NCBI GenBank assembly: GCA_964016885.1
Contig: OZ024750.1
Location: forward strand, 27,590,001-27,654,000
Length of the DNA: 64,000 nucleotides
DNA from: Eledone cirrhosa
Taxonomy: Eukaryota
Direction: 5' to 3'
Part shown: positions 40,130 through 53,324 of the stretch, in pieces
Numbering within the stretch: the first letter of the stretch is position 1
Layout of the letters: every line of letters starts with the position of its first letter
The notes under the pieces: generated by a model
Databases searched by the model: none
Told to the model about the DNA's origin: nothing
The model's input: only the letters and a program-made list of their open reading frames with translations
Position numbers and translations under genes: made by a program

Positions 40130-41582
40130 GGAAAAATTTGAACAGGAACAAAACAGAGAGGCAGTACAACGAATGTTTATTAATTTCACGCTCTGGAGAG
40201 TGGGGTGGTGGTGGGGAACGACGTTTCGGGCATAAGCCCTTCCTCAGGTGAGAAGTGTGTGGGAACAGAGTTCAAAGGGTGTGTAGGGGAGTGGTGGAGA
40301 GACATATAGCGAAAGGAAACGGTGCGAATGAAATTAAAAATAAAAATAAAAATAAAGCATGATCAAAATACAAGGAATGAAATAAAATTAAATAGAAAAG
40401 CATGATCAAAATAAACTGAAATTAAAAGGGGGTAAAACAGGTGTTGGAAGGGTGTGGGGTGTGTGGGGGTGCTGGCGGGTGGAGTGGGGAGAGGGAGATG
40501 GGGTGTCCGAAGGGGAGGGCTGAAGGTGGTGTGTGTGTGTAGGTGTACGTGTGTGTGTGTGTGTATGTGAAAGTAAGGGCTGGGGGAAGAACGGGGTTGC
40601 ATGTTCAGGAAGAGGTGTGTGCGGGGGGGGGTTTGTAGGTCGGAGTGTCTGTGCGTGTGTAGATAGAGGGGTGGGTGGAGAGGAATCAGGAGGCTGAGGG
40701 TGTAAATATGTGGTGGAAAGCACGTGTGTGTGGGGTTTAAGCGTGTTGTGGGTGTAGGTGGCGTGTGGAGAAAAAATGTTTGGGGGTGTGTGTGTGGGTG
40801 AGTTATATAGGTGATTCCGTAAGAGGATGGTTGAAAAGTTGGTAAAATCCTATGATGTTTAGAGTATTCCATGAAGAGATGGTCGGAAGAGGAGAGAAGT
40901 GGGGTGCGCGCGCAACAGGAAGTGGTCAAGCAGTGGGAGTGCTGTGTGTCTGTTTATGCTGGGAGGTGGTCAGAGGGCATAGCAGCAGTCGGTGGAATGG
41001 TAAAGGGGCGAGGATGGGTAGGTGTGAAAGTTGGCGTGAGGAGGGTGTGTGTGTGTGTATTAGTAGAGGTGTTAGTGGGATGAGTGAGTGTGGAGCGAGG
41101 GTGTGGGTGGAGCGGGGAGAGAAGGGTGTGTGTAGTTCTATGGAGGGAGTGTGGTGTACTGGTGTGTGTGTAGTTTGATGAAGGGGTGTTAGTGGGTGTT
41201 AGTATACGGGAGGTGGGGAAGGGTAGAATACAGGTGTGAGTGGGGGTTAGTGGTGGTAGGGTGTGTAGAGTTGGTGGTGTACGGGGGTGTGTGGGTACAT
41301 GTGCGTGGGGTTGGGGGGTGTTAGTGATGTTAGTTGCGTGTGGGGTGGGTGGTGTAAGTGGGTGCGTGTGTTCGTGTGCTTGGGGTCAGGGGGTGTTAGT
41401 GAGGTTAGTTGCGGGGTGGTGGGATGGAGGTGTGGGGGTGAGAGGTGTGGGGGTGAGGGTTAGTGGTTGTAGTAGGGTGTGTGTTTAGTGTGAGCGCGTG
41501 TATATATGTGCCGGTGGGTGTGTGCGTGTGATAAGGAGGGGGAGGAGCAGAGGAAGGGAGGGATGTTAGTATGTTAGTTGGG
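40128..41582 (-). mobile_element. Decayed Penelope-like element: GIY-YIG remnant, CA-rich UTR and HHR, between (TA)n tracts
   Basis: Frameshifted SDHL.SINRHTALP..DHF and LFME....ILPTFQP..YGI motifs at ~40810-41000; HHR near 3' end. Confidence 0.6.
40214..40252 (-). ncRNA. Minimal hammerhead ribozyme
   Basis: Minus: CTGAGGA-A-GGGC-TTAT-GCCC-GAAAC-GTC; stem I weak. Confidence 0.7.
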
Positions 41583-41740
41583 GATATATATATATATATA
41601 TATATAACGAAGGAAATGTGGTAAAGAACCAGGTGGACCATAACGCACCAAAGTACTCAATACTTAGGGTAGTAGAGGGGGTAATAGGAACGAGTAGGAC
41701 CCCGACGGCTGAGCTCAAGCCGTTTCGACGGCTAATTCTG

Positions 41741-41803
<63 letters not shown>

Positions 41804-42008
41804 CATACATAAATCTACACACACACATTCACACACGTCCGCTCAACATCATAACTGTAGTAAACAAAACTTAACCAACCATGGCCCAACATATATAATC
41901 ACCCATCTATAAAATCCTAACGTTGAACATAATTAATTAATTATTCATCTAAACATGACTATTTAAACATTATATCATATCTAACCTACCAAACCAAAGA
42001 ATGTAGGC

Positions 42009-42422
42009 CAGTGGTGTGCAACGTATTCCACTGGCGGGCCGCATTTGAACATTGGAACAACTATAGGGCTTCACTGATAAGGTTATGTGTGTTATAATTT
42101 CCCAGTTCCATGTTATGGAAAGAAGTTGTGGTGAATCTTTGGATTAGTGCTTGACAACTATTAGGGCCATTAATATTTATCAAGCACTAATCCAAAGATT
42201 CACCACAACTTCTTTCCATAACATGGAACTGGGAAATTATAACACACATAATCTTATCAGTGAAGCGTTTAGTATAGGTCAACTAACATAAAATTGTATT
42301 ACGGTTACGAGAAAAATATTAATAAGGCTACACGATAAAAATTAAAAACGGTCATCGTGGGCCACTTTGATTAGTCTGGCGGGCCAGATTGTGGCCCGCG
42401 GGCCGCCTGTTGCACGCCTCTG
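42009..42422. mobile_element. hAT (Charlie-like) MITE
   Basis: TIRs CAGTGGTGTGCAAC / GTTGCACGCCTCTG; 8-bp TSD ATGTAGGC/ATGTAGAC; GCGGGCC subterminal motifs; right end duplicated at ~42665-42822. Confidence 0.85.
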
Positions 42423-43407
42423 ATGTAGACTATATAGACATTCATAACCATTCCTTTGATAATTTTGAGAGTTATATAATGGTAGTCTTTAATATTCACT
42501 ACCACCCTCCCAACTCACTTCAAATCTAGTGATAAGCTTGGATTGATGCAAAGCTTTGGAGCACAGTAGTGGCACAGTAGTGGCACATTTTCCTGGTTTT
42601 GATATAGCAATTTGGGGCACAGTAATGGCACATTTTATTGAGGTTAGTATAAAATTTTGGGGTACAACTAAATAGAAAATTGTATTACGGTTACGAAAAA
42701 AATATGAATAAGCCTACTAGGTAAAAATTAAAAACGGTCATCGCAGGCCACTCTGACTGGTCTTGCTGGCCGGATTGTAGCCCCTCGCGCCGCCTGTTGC
42801 ACGCCCCTGATGTACACTATATACAAAAACTTAATGTAGATAATATATTATATCCTACGAAACATATTACAACTACACAGATACATACATAGTTCCGTAA
42901 CTCATGAGTGTATCATAGGGGCGCCATATTGAGACACGGTATTTCTAGGGCATTTTTTATATCTGGTCGAGTCCAATACTCTCCAAGTCTGGATACAATA
43001 GATTTCTTTCAGAGAAGGCTACAAAGTGAGAGAATGGAAGTGAGAAGGTGACAGAGAGGAAGATTCGACTCCAGTATTTGACTGGTACTTTTTTTATCGA
43101 CCTTGAATGGATGAAAGGTGAAGTTGACCCCAGCGGGATTTAATCTCAGAGAGTAGCAAGCCAAAACTAATACCACAAAGCATTCTATCCGACCTTCTAA
43201 CAACTCTGCCAATTAACTGCCTTATTAAAACTACATATACCTTAAACAAAGAAAACATTCCATCCTTCTCTCACTAAAGCCGTGGCTATATTAACATTTA
43301 ATCCTTTCATGGCAGAAACCTTTCCTACCAGAGATGAAAATATACACAGTATAAGAAGAATCATACTACCATATATATATATATATATATATATATACTC
43401 TTTCTCA

Positions 43408-43446
<39 letters not shown>

Positions 43447-43765
43447 AATATATATATATACAAATTTGAGTACAGCATTAACGAAGCTTTAGTTTGCAAG
43501 TTAATGGTTTTTGGCGACAGAACAAAGGATTTACTTCTTCAGCAAGTCTTGTGTTCTTTAGCCTTTGCGGGTATGTTCTAGCAGTGAATTTCGCTATAGA
43601 AATGTGGTTTTTCTCCAAGGGAGGTAACCCCCGCTTTGGCGGTGTATTCAAATTTGAGACAAAGGAATGAAATTCCTTTAGACAAACCGTATTAAGCACT
43701 CAACCAGAGGTTATCAAACAAACATAAACAATTAATCAATTATATATATATATATATATATATAT

Positions 43766-44174
43766 GGAAAGTTATATTTAAATTGTTGGGTTACAACTAG
43801 TAAATATTTATAACTGATATAAAAGCACTCAACAAGTATTTGGAGTATATTTACGATATTAAATAAATGGAAACTATATTTATAAAACCATATCTATTTC
43901 ATTATATATATTTCAGGGATATCATATTAACAATATGCTATGCCTTCCTCAGACAAAATACAATATAGACAGTTTTATAGATAAATAGATTTGACATACC
44001 GTTCAAATACAAGTCGATGTTGAACGGTATGTCAAATCTATTTATCTATAAAACTGTCTATATTGTATTTTGTCTGAGGAAGGCATAGCATATTGTTAAT
44101 ATGATATCCCTGAAATATATATAATGAAATAGATATGGTTTTATAAATATAGTTTCCATTTAGTTAATATCGTA
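43766..44174. mobile_element. PLE-like fold-back with 155-bp inverted arms, each carrying an HHR
   Basis: Arms 43852-44006 / 44020-44174; CTGAGGA(44074-44080)-AGG..CCT-GAAA-TATATA-TA-ATGAAATA. Confidence 0.8.
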
Positions 44175-44258
44175 TATATATATATATATATATAAAATAA
44201 AAAGGGAAAAAATATATTTTTCTTCCTAATAATCCTCTTTTTCTCCCTGTTTATATAT

Positions 44259-44352
<94 letters not shown>

Positions 44353-44502
44353 TTAATGTAGAAATGGCTTCTATAGGGCTAGAGCTGTTTCATTCAAAAG
44401 AAATCATGTAGAAGCCATTTCTATATTAAACTTGATGTTTTCATTCTACTAATGTATTGAGTACCTTACTAACTGTGGCTACCCCCGATTGAATTGAAAC
44501 CG

Positions 44503-44595
<93 letters not shown>

Positions 44596-44596
44596 G

Positions 44597-44631
<35 letters not shown>

Positions 44632-44741
44632 GAGAGAAATTTGTTATATTTCGGGATGGTCATGTTGCCTGAATTGCCAATATAAACACGTACCAAAACC
44701 TTGCGCCTAGAATAGAAACAATTATTATGGAGGTCAGAGAG

Positions 44742-45402
44742 GACGGTGGATTGGCAGTAATCGGTAGAGCGTCGCACAATACGCTTTGCGACATAGGGTT
44801 ACACACTTATATGATCTGAGTTCAAATCCCGCTGAGGTTAGCTTTACCAGTCATCCTTACAGCGCCGATAACATCCGGTACCAGTAATGCACTGGGGTCG
44901 ATTTAATCGACTTTCATTGCCCACAAAATTGTTGGCATCGTTCCTAAATTCGAAACCAGTATTATTGACGTCAGAATGGAAATAAAAAAATGAAAAACGT
45001 TGGCGTAGTGAAGTGGTAGGAAGTACGGTGTTCGGTGGATTGGCAGTACCGGTGGAGGGTCGGGCGCCATGCTTTGACGCATAGAGTTACGGCCCTTGCC
45101 ATTCTGAGTTCAAATCCCGCCGAGGTTAACTTTGCCTTTCATCCTTACGGGGTCGATAAAATAAAGTACCAGTAATGTACTGGGTAATTGCTGGCCTTGT
45201 GCCAAAAGTAGAAACAATTATTAATTGGCAGTATCGGTAGAGGGTCGGACATGCTTTCCAGCATAGTTACGTCCCTTTACGATCTGAGTTCAAATCCGGC
45301 CGAGGTTAACTTTGCCTTTCATTCTTACGGGGTCGATAAAATAAAGTACCAGTAATGTACTTGGTAATTGCTGGCCTTGTGCCAAACGTAGAAACAATTA
45401 TT
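44742..45402 (+). mobile_element. Cluster of three tRNA-SINEs
   Basis: A/B boxes and central motif in each copy. Confidence 0.9.
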
Positions 45403-45722
45403 ACAGTTAGTTGCAGGGTAATCAGCTTGGCCTATTATTTCAAACCTATTTCCAGCTTTTAAACAGTATCACTTTGGGTTTTTCCTTTTCTTATGCATGA
45501 GTGGCTTTAAAATATCACTTTGACATTTCACACTTGAAGCATGGAAAGTTATATAGTCTATAAACATATCAGATACTATATCGATATATCGAGACGGATC
45601 ATGGATACTTCCTTTCTTCCGACATTGATAAAGTCATAAATCAACTTCAAACTCTAATCACACACTTACATGCAAGCGTAAATACACGCATATACAGACA
45701 GACAGACACACACGCACGCACG

Positions 45723-45805
<83 letters not shown>

Positions 45806-46189
45806 GCGCGCGCGCACACACACTCCACTACACTCCATTTCGTTGTGTAGACCAGGGGTAGCAAACTAAAGAACTCAAAAGGGCCAAATTAGGTCTTGGG
45901 GTGATGCACAGTGAGATGGGAGGGGGCGTGGTATTACTAGTTGTATTAGTCGTCACATTGTTTTTATTTAATCTCAGTTCGATCCTCATTGAACAGATCT
46001 AAGATCAAAGACATTTCAGTGATCGATCTTTCTTAACTAAAATGTGTTAACTACACTAAAATATCGGGAAGTAGCTTTTTGGTTAGGAGGAACCTGCAGT
46101 TTAAAAGATGTTAAAATATACCCGTGTTTGTTTAAGGGTGGAATTATAAACTGTAATCTCAAATTAGGGATCATATTTTATAATGTCTG

Positions 46190-49075
46190 TAGCGATAGAG
46201 CAGCTCTGACAACATCGTAAAATGGTCGGCAGTTGCTCTGTCTTAGACAAGACGGCTCTGATCTTTGATATATCATAACGTGGTCTCAGACAAGGCGGCC
46301 TGATCTTCTTTGATACATCGTAACGTGGTCGGGAGTAGTTCTGTCTCAGACAAGGCGACCTGATCTTCTTTGATACATCGTAACGTGGTCGGGAGTAGTT
46401 CTGTCTCAGACAAGGCGACCTGATCTTCTTTGATACATCGTAACGTGGTCGGGAGTAGTTCTGTCTCAGACAAGGCGACCTGATCTTCTTTGATACATCG
46501 TAACGTGGTCGGGAGTAGTTCTGTCTCAGATAAGGTAACTCTGATCTTCTTTGATACATCGTAACGTGGTGGGGAGTAGTTCTGTCTCAGACAAGGCGAC
46601 CTGATCTTCTTTGATACATCGTAACGTGGTCGGGAGTAGTTCTGTCTCAGACAAGGCGACCTGATCTTCTTTGATACATCGTAACGTGGTCGGGAGTAGT
46701 TCTGTCTCAGACAAGGTAACTCTGATCTTCTTTGATATATCGTAACGTGGTGGGGAGTAGTTCTGTCTCAGACAAGGCGGCTCTGATCTTCTTTGATACA
46801 TCGTAACGTGGTCGGGAGTAGTTCTGTCTCAGACAAGGTAACTCTGATCTTCTTTGATACATCGTAACGTGGTCGGGAGTAGTTCTGTCTCAGACAAGGT
46901 AACTCTGATCTTCTTTGATACATCGTAACGTGGTCGGGAGTAGTTCTGTCTCAGACAAGGCGGCCTGATCTTCTTTGATACATCGTAACGTGGTGGGGAG
47001 TAGTTCTGTCTCAGACAAGGTAACTCTGATCTTCTTTGATACATCGTAACGTGGTGGGGAGTAGTTCTGTCTCAGACAAGGCGGCCTGATCTTCTTTGAT
47101 ACATCGTAACGTGGTGGGGAGTAGTTCTGTCTCAGACAAGGTAACTCTGATCTTCTTTGATACATCGTAACGTGGTGGGGAGTAGTTCTGTCTCAGACAA
47201 GGCGGCCTGATCTTCTTTGATATATCGTAACGTGGTGGGGAGTAGTTCTGTCTCAGACAAGGCGACCTGATCTTCTTTGATACATCGTAACGTGGTGGGG
47301 AGTAGTTCTGTCTCAGACAAGGTAACTCTGATCTTCTTTGATACATCGTAACGTGGTGGGGAGTAGTTCTGTCTCAGACAAGGCGGCCTGATCTTCTTTG
47401 ATACATCGTAACGTGGTGGGGAGTAGTTCTGTCTCAGACAAGGTAACTCTGATCTTCTTTGATACATCGTAACGTGGTGGGGAGTAGTTCTGTCTCAGAC
47501 AAGGCGGCCTGATCTTCTTTGATATATCGTAACGTGGTGGGGAGTAGTTCTGTCTCAGACAAGGCGACCTGATCTTCTTTGATACATCGTAACGTGGTCG
47601 GGAGTAGTTCTGTCTCAGACAAGGTAACTCTGATCTTCTTTGATACATCGTAACGTGGTCGGGAGTAGTTCTGTCTCAGACAAGGCGGCCTGATCTTCTT
47701 TGATACATCGTAACGTGGTGGGGAGTAGTTCTGTCTCAGACAAGGTAACTCTGATCTTCTTTGATACATCGTAACGTGGTGGGGAGTAGTTCTGTCTCAG
47801 ACAAGGGGGCCTGATCTTCTTTGATACATCGTAACGTGGTGGGGAGTAGTTCTGTCTCAGACAAGGTAACTCTGATCTTCTTTGATACATCGTAACGTGG
47901 TGGGGAGTAGTTCTGTCTCAGACAAGGCGGCCTGATCTTCTTTGATATATCGTAACGTGGTGGGGAGTAGTTCTGTCTCAGACAAGGCGACCTGATCTTC
48001 TTTGATACATCGTAACGTGGTGGGGAGTAGTTCTGTCTCAGACAAGGCGACCTGATCTTCTTTGATACATCGTAACGTGGTGGGGAGTAGTTCTGTCTCA
48101 GACAAGGCGACCTGATCTTCTTTGATACATCGTAACGTGGTTGGGAGTAGTTCTGTCTTAGACAAGGCGGCCTGATCTTCTTTGATACATCGTAACGTGG
48201 TGGGGAGTAGTTCTGTCTCAGACAAGGCGGCCTGATCTTCTTTGATACATCGTAACGGGGTGGGGAGTAGTTCTGTCTCAGACAAGGCAGCTCTGATCTT
48301 CTTTGATATATCGTAAGGTGGTCGGGAGTAGTTCTGTCTCAGACAAGGCGGCCTGATCTTCTTTGATACATCGTAACGGGGTGGGGAGTAGTTCTGTCTC
48401 AGACAAGGCAGCTCTGATCTTCTTTGATATATCGTAAGGTGGTCGGGAGTAGTTCTGTCTCAGACAAGGCAGCTCTGATCTTCTTTGATACATCGTAACG
48501 GGGTGGGGAGTAGTTCTGTCTCAGACAAGGCAGCTCTGATCTTCTTTGATATATCGTAAGGTGGTCGGGAGTAGTTCTGTCTCAGACAAGGCAGCTCTGA
48601 TCTTCTTTGATACATCGTAACGGGGTGGGGAGTAGTTCTGTCTCAGACAAGGCAGCTCTGATCTTCTTTGATATATCGTAAGGTGGTCGGGAGTAGTTCT
48701 GTCTCAGACAAGGCGGCCTGATCTTCTTTGATACATCGTAACATGGTTGGGAACAGCTCTTATCGGGTATGACATATCGTCAAATGGTTCGGGATAGTTC
48801 TATCTTAGATGGGGCTAAGTCCGATTATGTATGATACATAGTAAAATTATCAGGAATAGTTTTGTCTTAGATGGGGCTACCTCTGATCATGTTTAATATA
48901 TTGTAAAATGGTCTGGAGTAGTTATGTATCAGAAGTGGTAGATCTTATCACGTATGATACATCATAAAATGGTCGGCAATAGTTTTGTCTCTGACAAGGC
49001 GGCTCTGATAATATATGATACATCGTGAAATTGTCAGGAATAATTCCATCTTAGACGGGGCACCGCTGATCCCTT
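46190..49075. repeat. 60/61-bp satellite, ~47 units, homogeneous centre and diverged edges
   Basis: Unit CTGATCTTCTTTGATACATCGTAACGTGGTSGGGAGTAGTTCTGTCTCAGACAAGG plus variable linker. Confidence 0.97.
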
Positions 49076-49349
49076 TGACTTCGTCCAAATCTTAGATCAG
49101 AGTCAACCACCATTTTCTGGCACCTGACCTGAGAGCAGCAGATTTCTGTCCAACCACAGGCTCTGGTCTCCTACAATTCATTGGTCAAACAAAATAGAGC
49201 TTTTCCAAACCAGCTGAGGTAAGTTTTACCTTTCATTTTTCCATAGTGGTTAAATAAAATATCAATGAGGTACTACGATCGATGCAACAATCTTCACCCA
49301 AAATGATGGCCTTGTGCTTAAAATAGAAAGCATTATTATTGTGACATTA

Positions 49350-49534
49350 GGGCGGTGGAATGGCAGTATCGGTAGAGGGTCGGAAGCCATGCTTTCCAGC
49401 ATAGTTACGTCCCTTTACGATTTGAGTTCAAATCCCGCCGAGGTTGACTTTGCCTTTCATCTTTACGGGGTCGATAAAATAAAGTACCAGTAATGAACTG
49501 GGTAATTGCTGGCCTTATGCCTAAAGTAGAAACA
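49350..49534 (+). mobile_element. Full-length tRNA-SINE with 18-bp TSD, inserted in the tail of an older SINE
   Basis: ATTATTATTGTGACATTA at 49332-49349 and 49535-49552. Confidence 0.92.
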
Positions 49535-49599
49535 ATTATTATTGTGACATTAAATGATGATGATTATAGCAGTAGTGGTTGATAATGGCGGTGATGCAT

Positions 49600-49742
49600 A
49601 GACATATACATATATATATATACAGACATATACATATATATATACAGACATATACATATATATATACAGACATATACATGTATATATATACAGACATATA
49701 CATGTATATATACAGACATATACATGTATATATATACAGACA
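49600..49742. repeat. ~22-bp minisatellite CAGACATATACATATATATATA
   Basis: Direct reading. Confidence 0.85.
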
Positions 49743-49795
49743 TTAATTATAATACATATTAAAAAGGCAATCTTAATTTATTTCCTATATATATA

Positions 49796-50408
49796 ATGGT
49801 GGCTGCCAACTCATTTTCGAGTACGGCCACTACTTTATATCCATGTAGGAGAACCCCTACCGATGCGCTGAACGAGTGTGACTTTCGAGTCCAGCCAGCG
49901 ACTTGAAAACTCTGGTACAAACACTACACCTGTGACAATTATTGACACACAGTGCAGGGCCCATGGTACCATGTGATGACAAGTGCAGAGAGATCTCCAG
50001 ATATAAAGCAATGCCTGTGCCGTGAAGCTTTTATAGTGAGCAAAGGCATTGCACAAAGCCAGTCCCACTCTCTTAACCAAGATGATATTTACCAAAAAGA
50101 AGAACAAGTCAACATCATTGGATACCATCAGGGTTGCAGGTGTTATATCAGAGTTTTCCTTCTCCTAGAATTCTGCCTTGACAAAGGCTAAGGGGTCATC
50201 TCTCCCGGTGATTTTGGAAGGCCATTGACTCTTAAGAGCTCCTTTGCCCTTTGACAGGTTTTGTTTTTAGTCCTGCAGGATGTCCAAAGTCACCCTCCAC
50301 ACCAAGAAACCTTGGTGGGGTTGCCAGTTTAGTCGCCAACGACCCGACCATGAGACAGGTTGTACTGGGATACATGTTACCAGTAGCACCAACTGGTGAC
50401 CTGACACA
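49796..50408 (-). mobile_element. Non-autonomous RTE-like element (~610 bp) in (TA)n
   Basis: CTAGGAGAAGGAAAACTCTGA motif recalled from RTE-type 5' UTRs; diverged relative at 55694-56032 with the same GGCAGCCAyCAT end. Confidence 0.6.
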
Positions 50409-50508
50409 ATATATATATATATAATATATATATATATACATATATGTATATATATATATATATTATTATATTATATATATACATATGTATATATATATAT
50501 GTATGTAC

Positions 50509-50557
<49 letters not shown>

Positions 50558-50736
50558 CGTATATATATATATATATAAATATATATATATATATCCACAC
50601 ACATAGTTAGGATCTAGCTGTTGAAACGGCTGAAGCTCAGCCGTCGGGCTCTCTTCTCATATATATATATGTGTGGTTGTGTGGGTGTGTGTGTGTGTGT
50701 GTGTGTTTCGTCATAACACGTAAAGCCGTAATAGGC

Positions 50737-50776
<40 letters not shown>

Positions 50777-50919
50777 GTCCCATCTCTCAATCATCCTTCT
50801 GTAGTCTGTCTCTCACACTTTCTCTGTCTCCACACACATAAGAGAGGTGCGCCATACACGTGACCTCGCTGATGTTCTATCTTAATCCCACGTCTCTTTC
50901 TACGTCTTATTGTTTTCTC

Positions 50920-51063
50920 TCTATCTATCAACATGTTTTCTCTCTCTCTATCAACTTCTTTTCTCTCTATCTATCTATCTATCAACTTCTTTTCTCTCTA
51001 TCTATCAACTTATTTTCTCTCTATCTATCAACTTCTTTTCTCTCTATCTCTCTATCTATCAAC
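50920..51063. repeat. ~27-bp minisatellite TCTATCAACTTCTTTTCTCTCTA
   Basis: Direct reading. Confidence 0.8.
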
Positions 51064-51208
51064 ATCCATGTTTACAAACGATCCACTGAAAGTTCTCGCT
51101 TACTGCGTAATAGAAGAAAAAAAACAATCACTCCATACTTAGTGATACCGTCTTGTTTCTCTTCGAGAGAAAGTAAGTTGATCCAAAATTATGTGAACAC
51201 ATCTATTG

Positions 51209-51215
<7 letters not shown>

Positions 51216-51276
<61 letters not shown>

Positions 51277-51375
51277 GTGTATATATATGTATATGTATAT
51301 ATATATATATGTATATATATGTATATATATGTATATATATATATATATATATGTATATATGTGTATATATATATG

Positions 51376-51424
<49 letters not shown>

Positions 51425-51500
51425 GTATATATATATATGTATATATATATGTATGTATTATATATATATGTGTGTATGTATGTATATATATATATATGTC

Positions 51501-51552
<52 letters not shown>

Positions 51553-51578
51553 TATATACATATACATATGTATACATT

Positions 51579-51625
<47 letters not shown>

Positions 51626-51715
51626 GTATACATTTATGTATATATATATGAACATATCTATGTAATTATGCTTATGTTTATTATGCCTCTATTCCCACTT
51701 TCTCTTTGTCTATAC

Positions 51716-51797
<82 letters not shown>

Positions 51798-51978
51798 GTG
51801 TCCCAGCATGGCCGCAGCCGAATGGCTGGAACAGGTAAAAGTGTAAAAGAATAAAAGAGTATATATATACGTATATATATAGTATACGAAAAAAGTTTAT
51901 TGTACTGATATGCTTGAATATATCTACATATATATATATATAGATATAGATATATATATATATCTAATATATATATAT

Positions 51979-52036
<58 letters not shown>

Positions 52037-52083
52037 GTATATATAGAGAGAGAGAGAGAGATAATATATATCTATATATATAT

Positions 52084-52117
<34 letters not shown>
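51216..52117. repeat. Long interrupted (TA)n/(TG)n field; similar fields at 18438-18764, 24454-26400, 27855-29063
   Basis: Direct reading. Confidence 0.95.
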
Positions 52118-52120
<3 letters not shown>

Positions 52121-52393
52121 GTATGTGACATTATTTCAATATTTCAAGTTCCACTTTCTTTATCTGTTGATGGGATTTACCAGCCACGAAGTAAGCCTCC
52201 ACAGAGTTGCTTAACCTCCTAAAAATAGCAGCCAAATATCCGTTAAATCCCTCCAATGAGATAGATTTAATGATTTAGTATGATAAACACTATAGGAGAT
52301 GATGACAGCCTGAACGCCTTTGGCCATAAACCTGCTCAATTATGGCAATCAGTCATAATAAATCTTTAAATGTGTTGCTAGTGACAGTGATAA

Positions 52394-52755
52394 TAATTGT
52401 TTCTACTTCAGGCACAAGGCCAGCAATAATCCAGTGCATTACTGGTACTTTATTTTATCGACTCCGTAAGGATGAAAGGCAAAGTTAACCTCGGCGGGAT
52501 TTGAACTCAGATCGTAAAGGGACGTAACTATGCTGGAAAGCATGGCGTCCGACCCTCTACCGATACTGCCAATCCACCGCACAACAGCAGTAATAATGAT
52601 TTCTAATATAGACACAAGGCCAACTATTCAATCAACCCCAGTGCATTACTGGTGATTTATTTTATTGACCCCGCAAGGATGAAAGGCAAAGTTAACCTCG
52701 GCGGGATTTGAACTCAGACTGTAAAGGGACGTAACTATGCTAGAAAGCATGGCGT
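52394..52755 (-). mobile_element. Two tandem tRNA-SINEs
   Basis: Family similarity. Confidence 0.9.
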
Positions 52756-52971
52756 GATAATAATATTAAGGTATTAAGGGCTTGTAGTAATCCTATATTT
52801 CAGTCTACCTATTCTATATTAGTTATCACACCTAATATATATTCCGCTGTTAAGTCCTTAATTCATATCTGTGCACCTTTGTGTATTGTACGGTAGGTGT
52901 GTACGTGTGTGTGTGTGTGTGTGTGACTGTCTGTGTGTGTAGATGTGTCTGAGGGTGGTACACATCCTGAC

Positions 52972-53082
<111 letters not shown>

Positions 53083-53212
53083 TATGTGTGTGTGTGTGTG
53101 TGTATGTGTGCATGCGTGTGTGTGCGTGTATGTGTGTGTGTGTGTGAGTGTGTGTGTGTGTGCGTGAGTGTCTGTGTGTGTACATATGTCTGAGAGTGGT
53201 ACACATCCTGAC

Positions 53213-53253
<41 letters not shown>

Positions 53254-53324
53254 CGTGTGTATGCCTGAACTCAACGTTTACTAAAATAAGACATTATAAT
53301 TATTGTTATCAGTGAGGTTGTTGT

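Noticed and set aside
46190-49075. CRISPR-like array or repeat-protein gene
   Set aside because: No unique spacers and no cas genes; 61-bp units break the reading frame; eukaryotic context.
49350-49450. tRNA genes (A/B boxes)
   Set aside because: Boxes are SINE heads with shared body, tail and TSDs; no full cloverleaf.
51189-51838. YI/IY-repeat ORFs here and throughout the window
   Set aside because: Translations of (TA)n, (CA)n and (GA)n microsatellites.
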